DNA from: Patescibacteria group bacterium
GTDB lineage: Bacteria; Patescibacteriota; Patescibacteriia; Magasanikbacterales; GWA2-37-8
DNA: 64,000 nucleotides
Reading direction: 5' to 3'
Assembly: GCA_028705565.1 (NCBI GenBank)
Contig: JAQWDH010000001.1
Location: 20,363-84,362 of the forward strand
This document shows positions 36,485 through 46,600 of this stretch, piece by piece. The translations under genes were made by a program, and so were the position numbers. Each line of letters starts with the position of its first letter. Within the stretch, counting starts at the first letter, position 1. The notes below the pieces were generated by a model. It made no database searches and was not told the origin of the DNA. It was given only the letters and a program-made list of their open reading frames with translations.

Positions 36485-36826
36485 ATGTTTAAAAAATTTT
36501 TATTAATTTTATCGGTTGGTATTTTGATTTGCGTTCCGGCGTTCGCGCGCGATTATGGTTTGCAAGAAACCGGCTCTGTCGCGGAATATTCGCAATCTTC
36601 CGTTTATAAATCTGCCAACAGCATTGTGTCGGTGTTTTTGTCGATTTTGGCGATTTTATTTTTAGGTCTGATGCTGTATTCGGGAATTCGCTGGATGACG
36701 GCGCACGGCAATGAGGAAATGTTGACCAAAGCCAAAAATATAATGGAAGCCGCGATAATCGGATTGATTATAGTAGTGGCGTCTTACGCAATTTCAAATT
36801 TTATTCTTGAACGCCTTATACAATAG
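36485..36826 (+). CDS. VirB2/TrbC-like pilin paralogue 8 (separated from the array by the UgtP-like gene and tRNAs)
   Basis: ...FLSILAILFLGLMLYSGIRWMTAHGNEEMLTKAKNIMEAAIIGLIIVVASYAISNFI. Confidence 0.55.
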   Translation: MFKKFLLILSVGILICVPAFARDYGLQETGSVAEYSQSSVYKSANSIVSVFLSILAILFLGLMLYSGIRWMTAHGNEEMLTKAKNIMEAAIIGLIIVVASYAISNFILERLIQ

Positions 36827-36858
36827 ACAATAGTCCGCAGGCCAATTAACCCGCCACC

Positions 36859-36892
36859 GGACAGAGATCCCTCTCTGCCGTTCGGGATGACA
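36859..36892. repeat. Right arm of a MITE-like element (GGACAGAGATCCCTCTCTGCCGTTCGGGATGACA)
   Basis: Matches positions 11-43. Confidence 0.6.
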
Positions 36893-37032
36893 GTATCGTC
36901 CACCGTCCACCGTATTGACATTTTTTGGGAATAGGAGTAATATTGAGGTGTTTAATAATTCCGCGTTATTTATAAGCGGGACCGAACTGTTAGGAAACAT
37001 GCTCTTAACGAGCTCGGTTAACAAAAGCATGT

Positions 37033-37401
37033 ATGCTAAACAAAAACAAGAAACAGGACCTAATTAAAAAGTTTCAAACTCACGCCGGGGACACAGGGTC
37101 CAGCGAAGTGCAAATAGCCATTTTGACCGCGGAGATTGACGAATTAATAGGCCATTTAAAAAATCATCCGAAAGACCATTCTTCGCGCCGAGGTCTTTTG
37201 CGCAAAGTAAGCTCAAGGCGCCATCTTCTTCGCTATTTATTGTCCGAAAACCCGGAAAGCCACGAGAAGTTAACAAAGAAATTAAAAATCAAACAGCCGC
37301 GAGCCGCGGTTAAAGCCGTTGAGCCGGCGGAAGAAGAGTTGGAAGAACTGGAAAAAGACACTGAATTAAACGAAAAAGAAAATGAAACAGCCGTTGAATA
37401 A
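37033..37401 (+). CDS. rpsO: 30S ribosomal protein S15 with a K/E-rich C-terminal extension
   Basis: [49 protein letters not shown] matches the S15 core; rpsO-pnp synteny. Confidence 0.85.
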   Translation: MLNKNKKQDLIKKFQTHAGDTGSSEVQIAILTAEIDELIGHLKNHPKDHSSRRGLLRKVSSRRHLLRYLLSENPESHEKLTKKLKIKQPRAAVKAVEPAEEELEELEKDTELNEKENETAVE

Positions 37402-37933
37402 AAAATCGCATCCTTTGAAACACCCTGAGCAAAGAGTAGGGGTGTTTATTGATGTACAAAATATGTATTACAGCGCCAAAAATCTTTTTGGGGCTAAAGT
37501 TAATTTTGGAAATATCGTGAAAGAAGCCACCGCCGGGCGTAAATTGATTCGCGCCATCGCTTATGTGGTTCGCACAGAGACCAAAGAAGAACAGCCGTTT
37601 TTTGACGCGCTCTACAATTTGGGCATTGAAACCAAAGAAAGACCTTTGCAAATTTTTTACGGCGGTGAAAAAAAAGCGGATTGGGATGTTGGTATAACTG
37701 TTGATGCCATTCGCTTATCTCCAAGTATAGACACGGTTGTATTGATAAGTGGAGATGGAGATTATTTGCCGCTCGTTGATTATTTGCGAAATCAAGGCAA
37801 ACAGGTGGAAGTAATGGCTTTTGGCGACACGACATCAAGCAAGTTGAAAGAAGAAGTTGATGATTTTATTGATTTAAGCGAAGACAAACCGAAGTTTTTG
37901 ATATTGAACAATAATAAGAGGTATAAAAAATAA
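37382..37933 (+). CDS. NYN-domain (LabA/PIN-like) protein
   Basis: [17 protein letters not shown]...IRAIAYV...VLISGDGDY pattern of NYN/LabA nucleases. Confidence 0.6.
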   Translation: MKQPLNKKSHPLKHPEQRVGVFIDVQNMYYSAKNLFGAKVNFGNIVKEATAGRKLIRAIAYVVRTETKEEQPFFDALYNLGIETKERPLQIFYGGEKKADWDVGITVDAIRLSPSIDTVVLISGDGDYLPLVDYLRNQGKQVEVMAFGDTTSSKLKEEVDDFIDLSEDKPKFLILNNNKRYKK

Positions 37934-38025
37934 TTAAATTTAATGAAGCTGGTCGGAAAACAGATAGATTCTCAAATAAATTTTGAGGTCTGTAGTTTTC
38001 AGAGCAGCTTCCGAAAGGAAAATAT

Positions 38026-40230
38026 ATGGGTATAAAATCTTGGTCCATGGAGTGGGGAGGAAGAACTTTATCCGTGGAAATCGGCAAGCTGGCTTTGCAA
38101 GCCAATGCTTCTTGTTTGGTGCGCTATGGCGACACCGTTCTTTTGGCGACAGCGACAATGAGCAAGCAAACTCGCGATGGCATAGATTTTTTTCCGCTCA
38201 TGGTGAATTTTGAGGAAAAACTTTACGCCGCCGGCAAAATCAAAGGCAGTAGATTTATCAAACGCGAAGGCAGACCAAGCGAAGAAGCAATACTTTCCGG
38301 ACGTTTGGTTGACCGCGCCATCAGGCCGCTGTTTAATGAAGCGATGCGCAACGATGTGCAGGTTATTTTAACCGCGCTGTCGTTTGATGGTGAAAACGAT
38401 TCACAAATTCCGGCAATGATAGCCGCTTCTTTGGCTTTGGCAATATCGCCGATTCCTTGGAACGGACCGATAGCCGGCGCGAGAGTGGGGCGGGTGAACG
38501 GTGAATGGAAATTAAATCCGAATATCGCCGAACGCGAAAGCGGCGACACTGATATCGTGGTTGCAGGAACGCCTGACAAAGTTATTATGGTTGAAGCCGG
38601 CTGTAAGGAAGCTTCGGAAAAAGAAGTGATTGAAGGAATGAAATTCGGCGCTGAAAATTTGTCCGCGGCGCTGGATTTTATCAAAAAAATTCAATCCGAA
38701 GTCGGACAACAAAAAATAAATTGGGAAGAAAATTCCGATGAACGGGAAATAAAATTAAAACAAACGGAAAAAGAAGTTGATGAGTTTATAAAAAGTCACG
38801 TGGATGATTGGATTTTTGATTCTCCAAAAAAGAACAGAGCCGAAAGAGTGAATATGGTGGACAAATTCAGCAAAGAAATTGAAAAGATTTTAAAAGAAAA
38901 AGAAACGGATGAAACGATTGTAAAAATAGTTTTGGGGCGAATAAAAGTTTATATTGAAAAATATATTACGGAAAGAATACTTAAGAAAAATCAGCGGTTG
39001 GACGGACGAGGAATTGAAGATGTCCGCGATTTGAATATTGAAGTCGGACTTCTTCCGCGAACGCACGGAACAGGTCTTTTTCAGCGCGGCGACACGCAAG
39101 TTTTATCTGTTGTCACTTTGGGCGCTCCCGGGGATATGCAAACTTTGGACACGATGGAAGAGGACAGGATTAAGCGGTATATGCATCATTATAATGATAC
39201 GCCGGCGACTTACGGCGAAACAGGTCCTTTGCGCGGTCCGGGCAACAGGGCAATCGGGCATGGAGCTTTGGCGGAAAGGGCGTTGTTTCCGGTTTTGCCT
39301 TTGGAAAAAGATTTTCCTTACGCTATTCGCGTGGTTTCCGAAGTTCTCGGTTCAAACGGTTCCAGTTCAATGGCTTCAACCTGTGGTTCCACTTTGGCTT
39401 TGATGGATGCGGGTGTCCCTATAAAAAAACCAGTTGCCGGTATTGCTATGGGTTTGGCGAGCGATGGAAAAGGAGATTGGAAAATAATTACCGATTTACA
39501 GGATGTGGAAGATGGACCGGGTGGTATGGATTTTAAAATTGCAGGCACGCGCGACGGCGTCACTTCAATTCAAATGGATACAAAAACCGATGGCTTGATT
39601 TGGGAAATAGTGGAAAAAACATTTAAACAATCAAAAGAAGCGCGCTTAAAAATTTTGGACGCGATGGCAAAAGTTATTTCAGAACCGAGAAAAGAATTGT
39701 CGCCGTACGCTCCTCGTATAATCACCATAAATATCAATCCGGATAAAATACGCGATGTCATCGGTCCCGGCGGCAAAATGATAAATAAAATCATCGCTGA
39801 AACAGGTGTGGAAATAGATATAGAAGATGATGGACGCGTGATTGTCACTTCCGTGGATAAAGTGGCGATGGAAAAAGCTTTAAATTGGATTAAAGAACTG
39901 ACGCACGAAGTCGCGGCCGGAGAAATTTACGAAGGCGCTGTAAGTCGGTTGGAAGATTTTGGAGCGTTTGTGAATATCTTGCCGGGACAAGACGGACTGG
40001 TTCATGTGAGTGAAATCGCGTGGGCGCGCACGAATAAACCGAGTGATGTTTTGAAGCTCGGCGACAAAGTGAAAGTGCAAGTGAAAGAAATTGACAATCT
40101 CGGCAGAATAAATTTAAGCATGAAAGTTTTACTTCCAAAACCTGAAGGTTATGTTGATGAACCGCGCAGAGATTTCGGCGGCGGACGCGGCGGTAGAGGA
40201 GACAGAAAACCTTTCAGGGGAAGATCGTAA
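38026..40230 (+). CDS. pnp: Polyribonucleotide nucleotidyltransferase (PNPase)
   Basis: Two RNase PH domains, KH and S1 domains (C-terminal ...GEIYEGAVSRLEDFGAFVNILPGQDGLVHVSEI), G/R-rich tail. Confidence 0.92.
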   Translation: MGIKSWSMEWGGRTLSVEIGKLALQANASCLVRYGDTVLLATATMSKQTRDGIDFFPLMVNFEEKLYAAGKIKGSRFIKREGRPSEEAILSGRLVDRAIRPLFNEAMRNDVQVILTALSFDGENDSQIPAMIAASLALAISPIPWNGPIAGARVGRVNGEWKLNPNIAERESGDTDIVVAGTPDKVIMVEAGCKEASEKEVIEGMKFGAENLSAALDFIKKIQSEVGQQKINWEENSDEREIKLKQTEKEVDEFIKSHVDDWIFDSPKKNRAERVNMVDKFSKEIEKILKEKETDETIVKIVLGRIKVYIEKYITERILKKNQRLDGRGIEDVRDLNIEVGLLPRTHGTGLFQRGDTQVLSVVTLGAPGDMQTLDTMEEDRIKRYMHHYNDTPATYGETGPLRGPGNRAIGHGALAERALFPVLPLEKDFPYAIRVVSEVLGSNGSSSMASTCGSTLALMDAGVPIKKPVAGIAMGLASDGKGDWKIITDLQDVEDGPGGMDFKIAGTRDGVTSIQMDTKTDGLIWEIVEKTFKQSKEARLKILDAMAKVISEPRKELSPYAPRIITININPDKIRDVIGPGGKMINKIIAETGVEIDIEDDGRVIVTSVDKVAMEKALNWIKELTHEVAAGEIYEGAVSRLEDFGAFVNILPGQDGLVHVSEIAWARTNKPSDVLKLGDKVKVQVKEIDNLGRINLSMKVLLPKPEGYVDEPRRDFGGGRGGRGDRKPFRGRS

Positions 40231-40264
40231 TTTAATTGAAAATTTTCAAAATTCGCGATAAATT

Positions 40265-40296
40265 TTAAAAATCCTCGGTGTTTGCTGAGGATTTTT
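40265..40296 (+). terminator. Rho-independent terminator after pnp (AAAATCCTC-GGTGTTTGCT-GAGGATTTT + T)
   Basis: 9-bp perfect stem followed by a T-run. Confidence 0.6.
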
Positions 40297-40338
40297 AATT
40301 GATTTTTTTGAAGTTTTGTGGTTGAATAATACGGCGAT

Positions 40339-40425
40339 GCCGGGGTGGCGAAATTGGCAGACGCGGCAGGTTTAGAACCTGTTGGGAGAAATCCCGTGGG
40401 GGTTCAAATCCTCTCCCCGGCACCA
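40339..40425 (+). tRNA. tRNA-Leu (anticodon TAG), long variable arm, CCA encoded
   Basis: GCCGGGG/CCCCGGC acceptor, anticodon loop TTTAGAA, variable-arm hairpin, T-loop TTCAAAT, terminal ACCA. Confidence 0.8.
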
Positions 40426-40783
40426 GAATTAATTTGCCGATTGATTCGGCCGCGCGAAGCGTGGCAGAAAACGGAAACACTGGCTATACAGGACAGCTTT
40501 TTATATAACATAAAAGGGAAGAATAACAAATAAACTGTCTCAGCGTTGCATGGTTACGGCTACAGATATATCAGAACAGATGATAAAGCATGTCCAGGTT
40601 CTTGGGTTTCAAAATGTTTGTGCTAAAAAAGCAGATGTTGAACATTTACCATTTCCCAATGCCGTTTAAGCTAAAAAACAATATAATTATTTCACCAAAA
40701 TTATTTTCTTTAATTAAACCATTAAATAACGCTTTAGAAAAAATTCCACTACTTAACCGTTTGGCAACATATATCTATTTGGT

Positions 40784-41776
40784 ATGTCAAAAATAAAAAG
40801 AATTATTATTGGTGTTCCAGCAAGGAACGAAGAATTAACTATAACAGAAAGCCTTGGCTCTATTTATCGATCAATGCTCTATAGTGGTAGAGCCGAAATG
40901 GTTCTCGTTGTTTGTATAAATGGCTGTAAGGACAGAACACTAATTTTAGCGAAATCTTTTCAAGAAAAGCACCAGGATATTAAATTTGAAATTATTCAAA
41001 GTGGTGAAGGACTCGTTAATGCCCAGCGAGAAATCGTCAAAAAATATCCAGCAGATGTTTATGTATTTCCGGACGCAGATAGTACGATAGATGAAAAATC
41101 AATTGAGCTCCTTTTATTAAATCTAGAGAATCATTCCGAGTGTATTGTCGCTTATGCCAAAACTATCACATTGGAGAATCAGTATAATAAATCTATTTTT
41201 CAAAAAATCGGCTTGTTGTATGATTCTCAAAAAATTTTAACTCCACGATATTATTTTCATGGACGGTTATTTGCGACGAAAGAATGGTTTTTCCCTGAAA
41301 ATAAAGAGATTTTAGGTAGAGCGATGAAGAATAGTTATACGCGAGAGCTGCTTAAATATTCTGAGAAAAATATTTTTCTTTATGTTGACGATATTTTTAT
41401 GTCCAGTTATATTTTAGATAAGTATGGCCAAAGGGCAATAAAACAAATTGAAGATGCGCACTGCTTTTCCTATACCGTAGGTTCATTTCATGATTGGCTT
41501 AATACTTATCGTCGAAGAAATATTGAAATGGAAAAAATGTACCGTTGGTTTCCCGAATATAATTATCTTTGGCCGTTGCTTAATAGAAAAACAGACTGGC
41601 AAAAATGGCCGAAGGCTTCATTGGTTGATAGATTACGATGGATGGTCTTTTTATTTATGAAGATGATTTTTTATGTGTATCTTAATATAGAATTACTGCT
41701 TGTGAAATTTAACTCATTTAAACCAAGAGGACAATGGCAGGTTACTGCCACTACAAAAAATGAAATACATCAATAA
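40784..41776 (+). CDS. Glycosyltransferase (GT-A fold, GT2-like)
   Basis: IIIGVPARNEE...VLVVCINGCKDRT resembles the GT2 N-terminal pattern. Confidence 0.4.
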   Translation: MSKIKRIIIGVPARNEELTITESLGSIYRSMLYSGRAEMVLVVCINGCKDRTLILAKSFQEKHQDIKFEIIQSGEGLVNAQREIVKKYPADVYVFPDADSTIDEKSIELLLLNLENHSECIVAYAKTITLENQYNKSIFQKIGLLYDSQKILTPRYYFHGRLFATKEWFFPENKEILGRAMKNSYTRELLKYSEKNIFLYVDDIFMSSYILDKYGQRAIKQIEDAHCFSYTVGSFHDWLNTYRRRNIEMEKMYRWFPEYNYLWPLLNRKTDWQKWPKASLVDRLRWMVFLFMKMIFYVYLNIELLLVKFNSFKPRGQWQVTATTKNEIHQ

Positions 41777-42566
41777 ACTTATTTTATTTGATATTGATGG
41801 TACGCTTACGGTCAAAGATCGAAACGTATTATTAACCAATCTTAAAAAAGTAATCGGTCTGTATAAGGATAGAGGAACTTTATTTGGTATTAATACCAAC
41901 AGACCAATTAAAGATGCTTTGTCATTGTATCGGGCACTTAAGCTTAATGGTCCGATTATTGTTGAAGATGGCGCTTATTACAAAGTGAATATGTCGATGC
42001 CTTCAAAAGTTACAGTAAGAGGAACTCTGAAACTTAATAGACAAATAACCAATTTCTTGCGAAATTGGTCAAAAACAAAAATTGGTCGCAAGTTTACTTT
42101 TAAGGTGAGTGACAACAAGGATTATCTTTCAAACAAATGTATTTCCGCCCTGATATTGATTACTCCCCAAAGAATTTTTACAGCGAGTATATACATAAGG
42201 ATTCGAGGTAAAAAAAACATCAAAGCTTTACAGGTAATATATAAGTTGCTTCAAAAAAAATTTCAAAATAAGTTTAAACTAGTAATTTTTAAAAAAAATT
42301 TATTGCAGGGTAAAATTCTTATCGGTAATTTGAAGACAAATCGTTTCAATACCCTTCATCAAATCGGATATAAATTTTTTAAATCCCGTGATATGCTATT
42401 AATCAGCGATGATGAGTGTGTACCGCGTGTTATATCTGATCCCAAAATTCATTTTGCTTCTGTTAGTAATGGAACAGCGGAATACAAAAAGCACTGTACA
42501 TATATTGCAAATCAAAATGGAGCAAATGGAATCATTTGGCTTGTAAAAAAATTTTTAGAATCGTGA
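41760..42566 (+). CDS. HAD-superfamily hydrolase-like protein
   Basis: LILFDIDGTLT motif I; remainder divergent. Confidence 0.5.
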   Translation: MKYINKLILFDIDGTLTVKDRNVLLTNLKKVIGLYKDRGTLFGINTNRPIKDALSLYRALKLNGPIIVEDGAYYKVNMSMPSKVTVRGTLKLNRQITNFLRNWSKTKIGRKFTFKVSDNKDYLSNKCISALILITPQRIFTASIYIRIRGKKNIKALQVIYKLLQKKFQNKFKLVIFKKNLLQGKILIGNLKTNRFNTLHQIGYKFFKSRDMLLISDDECVPRVISDPKIHFASVSNGTAEYKKHCTYIANQNGANGIIWLVKKFLES

Positions 42567-42578
42567 TTTTATATAAAT

Positions 42579-43208
42579 ATGGATATAGAAAGGTTAAAAA
42601 ATGCACCGGAGATAAAAGAGGTAATTCCAAAACGCGAGATTGCCTTTGCTTTTATTAAACCGGATTTTCTGGAAGACCTGCCGGTAATTGAAACTATTTT
42701 ATTAGAACATGGCCTAGAGGTTATATACCGCGACAAGGTTCACTTAAATGAAATGGCTGTGGATAGTATATATAAAGAAAGTAAAAACGAGCACTTTTAT
42801 GATACAATGAAAAAATATCTTACTACACATGAAGTGATTGTTTTGATGGTTGGTGGCAAGGGCTTGGAAGCGCAAAAAGTTCTTCTAAACTTGAAAAAAA
42901 CAGGCGACAAGAATGGTATTATTCGAGAACGGTTACAAAAAGAGCCTCCTGTGAAACAAGAGGACGTAGAATTGTGGGAAAGAAAAGAGCACCCTAATCA
43001 AGACGAAGTTTCTATTCTGCTTACTCAAAGTAATGTAATTCATACTGCTGATTCTACTGAAGAAGCTTTGGCTAGCTTAAAGTTAATTTTTGGTGATAAA
43101 TTTGAGGATATGAAGAAAAAAGGCAATCTTCCCGCAGAATTATGGGACATCTTTGAAAAAGATAATACCTTCGCCACTCCATCATATTCATCGGAAATTA
43201 ACAAATAA
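42579..43208 (+). CDS. Nucleoside diphosphate kinase-like protein
   Basis: IAFAFIKPDFLED...VIYRDKVHL...VIVLMVGG...NVIHTADSTEEA parallels the NDK fold motifs, including a His at the catalytic position. Confidence 0.45.
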   Translation: MDIERLKNAPEIKEVIPKREIAFAFIKPDFLEDLPVIETILLEHGLEVIYRDKVHLNEMAVDSIYKESKNEHFYDTMKKYLTTHEVIVLMVGGKGLEAQKVLLNLKKTGDKNGIIRERLQKEPPVKQEDVELWERKEHPNQDEVSILLTQSNVIHTADSTEEALASLKLIFGDKFEDMKKKGNLPAELWDIFEKDNTFATPSYSSEINK

Positions 43209-43248
43209 TTATATTTGATAATTTAAGTCATTAAATATTTTAATATAT

Positions 43249-43743
43249 ATGAATCAAAAAGAAACTTTGGTATTTGATGGTAGAGAGGTTTTTTTAGAAT
43301 GGACTGAATCTAATTCTATCCCGAATAATATTAGAATTTCACAAGTTGTGGGGTATTGTATTGATAATGCTGGTAAGATATTAATTGTTAAAAATAAAAG
43401 AGGATGGGGTTTTCCCGGTGGACATCCAGAAATAGGGGAAAAACCCGAAGATACTTTGCGCAGAGAGGTAGCCGAGGAGGCCTATGTTACTTTAAAAGAA
43501 CCAAGGCTTATAGGATATATGGAAGTGAAAGATCCACAAAATGAATCTATCGAGGGCACTCATTATATTCAATTAAGATACTTGGCAAAAATTGAAACTG
43601 TTAATGAATTTAAAAAAGAATTTGAAACTTCAGAAAGAGATTTTGTTGATGTTAACTCATTGTCTCAATATATATCATGGATTAATTTTCCAACTGGAGA
43701 AGGACAAATTGAGACACTGGTAAGATATATTGCAGAAAAATAA
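43249..43743 (+). CDS. NUDIX hydrolase
   Basis: Nudix box GWGFPGGHPEIGEKPEDTLRREVAEEAYV. Confidence 0.75.
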   Translation: MNQKETLVFDGREVFLEWTESNSIPNNIRISQVVGYCIDNAGKILIVKNKRGWGFPGGHPEIGEKPEDTLRREVAEEAYVTLKEPRLIGYMEVKDPQNESIEGTHYIQLRYLAKIETVNEFKKEFETSERDFVDVNSLSQYISWINFPTGEGQIETLVRYIAEK

Positions 43744-43752
43744 AATATTCAA

Positions 43753-44880
43753 ATGAAAATAGCAATCTTTCAACCGCGAGTAAGTTATTATATCGGCGGA
43801 GGTGAAGTTATTCCACTTGAGCATACTCATTTTTTATCTTTGCGAGGTCATAGTGTGACAATAGTTACAACCCGAGCCCCGTTCATTAAGGAAAGTGAAT
43901 ATTTTAAAAATTTTTGCGTTGAAAATAAAGATGTTCGAATAGCTTATATTGATGTGCCGAAATACTTATCTTGGATATATCATATAACGCCAGGCATTAA
44001 TTGGTGTCGATGGCATTTGGAAAGTTTGCGTGTTGGGCAATTAGCTTTTAAATATTTCCTTAAACATAAATTTGACTTGGTAGTTGTTCATAATGTTTTG
44101 GACATAATTAGTCTGCCAGGAGAACAAAAATCTATTATGCATCTTCATGGTTACCCTTCTTATATAGACCCGATTTATGAGGCATGTCTTTCTCTTCCGG
44201 ATCGTCTTGTTGCGGTCTCGAAATATATTAAAAATCAGTGGCAATCGAAGATGAAATTAAATAAATGTAATTTAGCTACAAATGGTGTTCGTTCTGATTA
44301 TTTCAAGCCTAATCCAAGCTTATTAAAACAGTATGATGTTTTATATATCGGTCGTCTCGTGCCAATCAAGGGCTTGAGCTATCTTATTGAGGCAATATCC
44401 AAAATATATAAACAAATTCCCAATTTACGAGTTGTTATTGCTGGCACTGGCCCAGAGGAGGCGCCATTAAAAGCGCTGAGTAGAAAGTTAGGACTTTCTG
44501 GTCAGATTAAATTTGTTGGCCATGTTAATTCATCAGAACTTTCTGATTTTTATAATTCGGCGCGTATAGCAGTTTTTCCATCTTATGATAGGGAGGGAAT
44601 ACTAACCACAATGCTCGAGGCGGCTTCTTGCGGTTTGCCAATTATTACCACAACCGCTTGCAGCATGAAAGAATTTTTACATCACAATAAAAATGGGTTG
44701 CTTGTGCAACCCAAAAACAGCGCTCATCTTGCGCGTGCAATTCTGAAATTGTATCGCAGCGAAAAATTACAGCGCAGACTTGGAATGGCGGCCAGAAGGA
44801 GTGTTATAAATGGATGGGATTGGAATAAAAAAATTAAAAGTTTAGAAAAAATATATGAACAAGCGTCGCATAATAATTGA
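43753..44880 (+). CDS. Glycosyltransferase family 4 (GT-B)
   Basis: C-terminal EGILTTMLEAASCGLPIITT...(E-x7-E-like) motif, typical length. Confidence 0.7.
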   Translation: MKIAIFQPRVSYYIGGGEVIPLEHTHFLSLRGHSVTIVTTRAPFIKESEYFKNFCVENKDVRIAYIDVPKYLSWIYHITPGINWCRWHLESLRVGQLAFKYFLKHKFDLVVVHNVLDIISLPGEQKSIMHLHGYPSYIDPIYEACLSLPDRLVAVSKYIKNQWQSKMKLNKCNLATNGVRSDYFKPNPSLLKQYDVLYIGRLVPIKGLSYLIEAISKIYKQIPNLRVVIAGTGPEEAPLKALSRKLGLSGQIKFVGHVNSSELSDFYNSARIAVFPSYDREGILTTMLEAASCGLPIITTTACSMKEFLHHNKNGLLVQPKNSAHLARAILKLYRSEKLQRRLGMAARRSVINGWDWNKKIKSLEKIYEQASHNN

Positions 44881-45736
44881 TTCTGCTGGGGCCAAAGTTT
44901 TGATAACGTCAACGGACTTTAATATAAAAAAACTAGAACAATCTGAGTTTTTACAAAGATATGTACCAAATTGTAAAATATTATATGACTCAGTGTCTGC
45001 TGTGGCTAATATCACACTTAAAACTGGAAAACCCGATTTTTTTCTAAAATATCCTAAAGCAAAATACACTAATATTTTTTATGAAGATAAAGATATTGTT
45101 TCTTTGATAGAATTTTTACTTGAAGGCGTTCGACAAGAAACTGGTATCTATTGTTTGCATTCTTCTAGCACTGTCATGAATGGGAAAAGTATTATTTTTT
45201 GGGGCAACGCGAGTGGAATGGGCAAAACACGATTGGCACTTACTCTTAGTGAAAAATTTGGCGCTCAAATGTATTCAGATGAAAAAACCTTATTAAATCT
45301 TCAAGAAAATATTGTCATTGGTGGAATAGCTTCAATTTATTTATCAAAACCCTATCTTCAAGATAAATTTGGTAACGCTGATTTTTATAACTTTACGCAA
45401 CCTGGACAGCCTTTTTCTGTGGGTTTTTTTGTTTACCCTCATATTGATGAAGATAGTAAATCAATCTATGTTGAGCGTTGGGATGCAAATAAATTTAGCT
45501 GGCACTTATATGAGGAATTATCTAGAAAAATACGGGGTACATCTCGAAGAATATTTAATAACACCTTGCCAGTATCTTCTATAGATTCTATACCAATTGC
45601 TACACAAAGATCCTTGGCGGTGGAGGCTTATGTAAAATCAACTCCTTGCTATTATATGAGGGGTAGCGAAGTTTTAATTTGTGAAAATATTTTAAAATTG
45701 TGCGATAAATTTAATGAAACAAAAAAAACTTTTTAG
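44855..45736 (+). CDS. Hypothetical protein with P-loop (HPr-kinase C-domain-like?)
   Basis: GNASGMGKTRLALTL resembles the HprK/P-loop carboxykinase motif; weak. Confidence 0.3.
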   Translation: MNKRRIIIDSAGAKVLITSTDFNIKKLEQSEFLQRYVPNCKILYDSVSAVANITLKTGKPDFFLKYPKAKYTNIFYEDKDIVSLIEFLLEGVRQETGIYCLHSSSTVMNGKSIIFWGNASGMGKTRLALTLSEKFGAQMYSDEKTLLNLQENIVIGGIASIYLSKPYLQDKFGNADFYNFTQPGQPFSVGFFVYPHIDEDSKSIYVERWDANKFSWHLYEELSRKIRGTSRRIFNNTLPVSSIDSIPIATQRSLAVEAYVKSTPCYYMRGSEVLICENILKLCDKFNETKKTF

Positions 45737-45894
45737 TCTTTAACTGGTGGTAAATTTGTTCCAAAAATCAAAAAATGTAAACCGGCGGCGCATTTCGCAA
45801 AGCGAAATACGAAATTCGGCGGCGGTCAGTTCCATTCAAAAAATGTTCGCGCAAAGTGTATGATTACGGCACTTATCCACAGGTTCATTTTAAC

Positions 45895-45925
45895 CCTCTT
45901 GACAAAAATTTTAAAATATGATAAC
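45895..45925 (+). promoter_or_regulatory. Candidate promoter upstream of the 23S rRNA (TTGACA-17-TAACAT)
   Basis: Consensus -35; -10 at 4/6; sequence-only. Confidence 0.3.
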
Positions 45926-46488
45926 ATCTCTCTTGTCATAAAAATCTCTCTTTTTAGGAGAGCCAAGTCCAAAATAAAATCGCGAAAGCAAGTTTGGACC
46001 TCTGGGTAAAGTCCTTAACGGACGCTTTAATATCAAATAAAAAATGTTACAGATATTAAATATTTACTTAGAGTGTTCAAGCGGCTGACGCCATACTTTT
46101 GGCGAATAGTTTTGAAGGCCGCTGTCAAGCGGTTCTTTATTTTTTAAAAATGATTTTGAACGGAGCAAAAAATTTTCGCGAATGAAAATTTTTTGCCTCG
46201 TTCAAAACGATTGAAAAGAATTGAGCGGGTGTAAGAACTTTGACAATCAATTAGTAAGTTTCAACAAAAAGGGTAGAACTCCCGCGCTGATTTTATTCGC
46301 GCGGGAAAAATAAGAAAGCACAATTTAGTGTTTTCGTAGTATGCAATTTTAACAAGAGCGCATGGCGGATGCCTTGACACCAAAAGACGATGAAGGACGC
46401 TGCAGGGTGCGATAAGCCTCGGAGAGGTCCCAAGCAACCTTTGACCCGGGGATTTCCAAATGGGGAAACCCGCCGGTGCGTAGCACCG

Positions 46489-46600
46489 GAATTTACCAAT
46501 TTACAATTTTCAATTTACAATCAACTCCAATTATCAATAATTTATTGAAAATTGCCGCATTGTAAATTTATTGAAAATAATTGAAAATTCCAGTGTTATG
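46489..46600 (+). other. 23S intervening sequence 1 (AT-rich CAATTT-repeat hairpin in the E. coli helix ~130-150 region)
   Basis: Insertion relative to conserved flanks GGGGAAACCC ... CTGAATACATAGG. Confidence 0.55.

Noticed and set aside
40295-40533. ORFs 40295-40480 (-) and 40345-40533 (+), 61-62 aa
   Set aside because: They overlap tRNA-Leu(TAG) and its flanks; no coding signal.
45737-46346. Expected 16S rRNA and spacer tRNAs upstream of the 23S
   Set aside because: No 16S-like conserved blocks or tRNA-like structures were found. The region holds only a candidate promoter and the 23S 5' processing stem, so the 16S appears to lie elsewhere and the operon is split.
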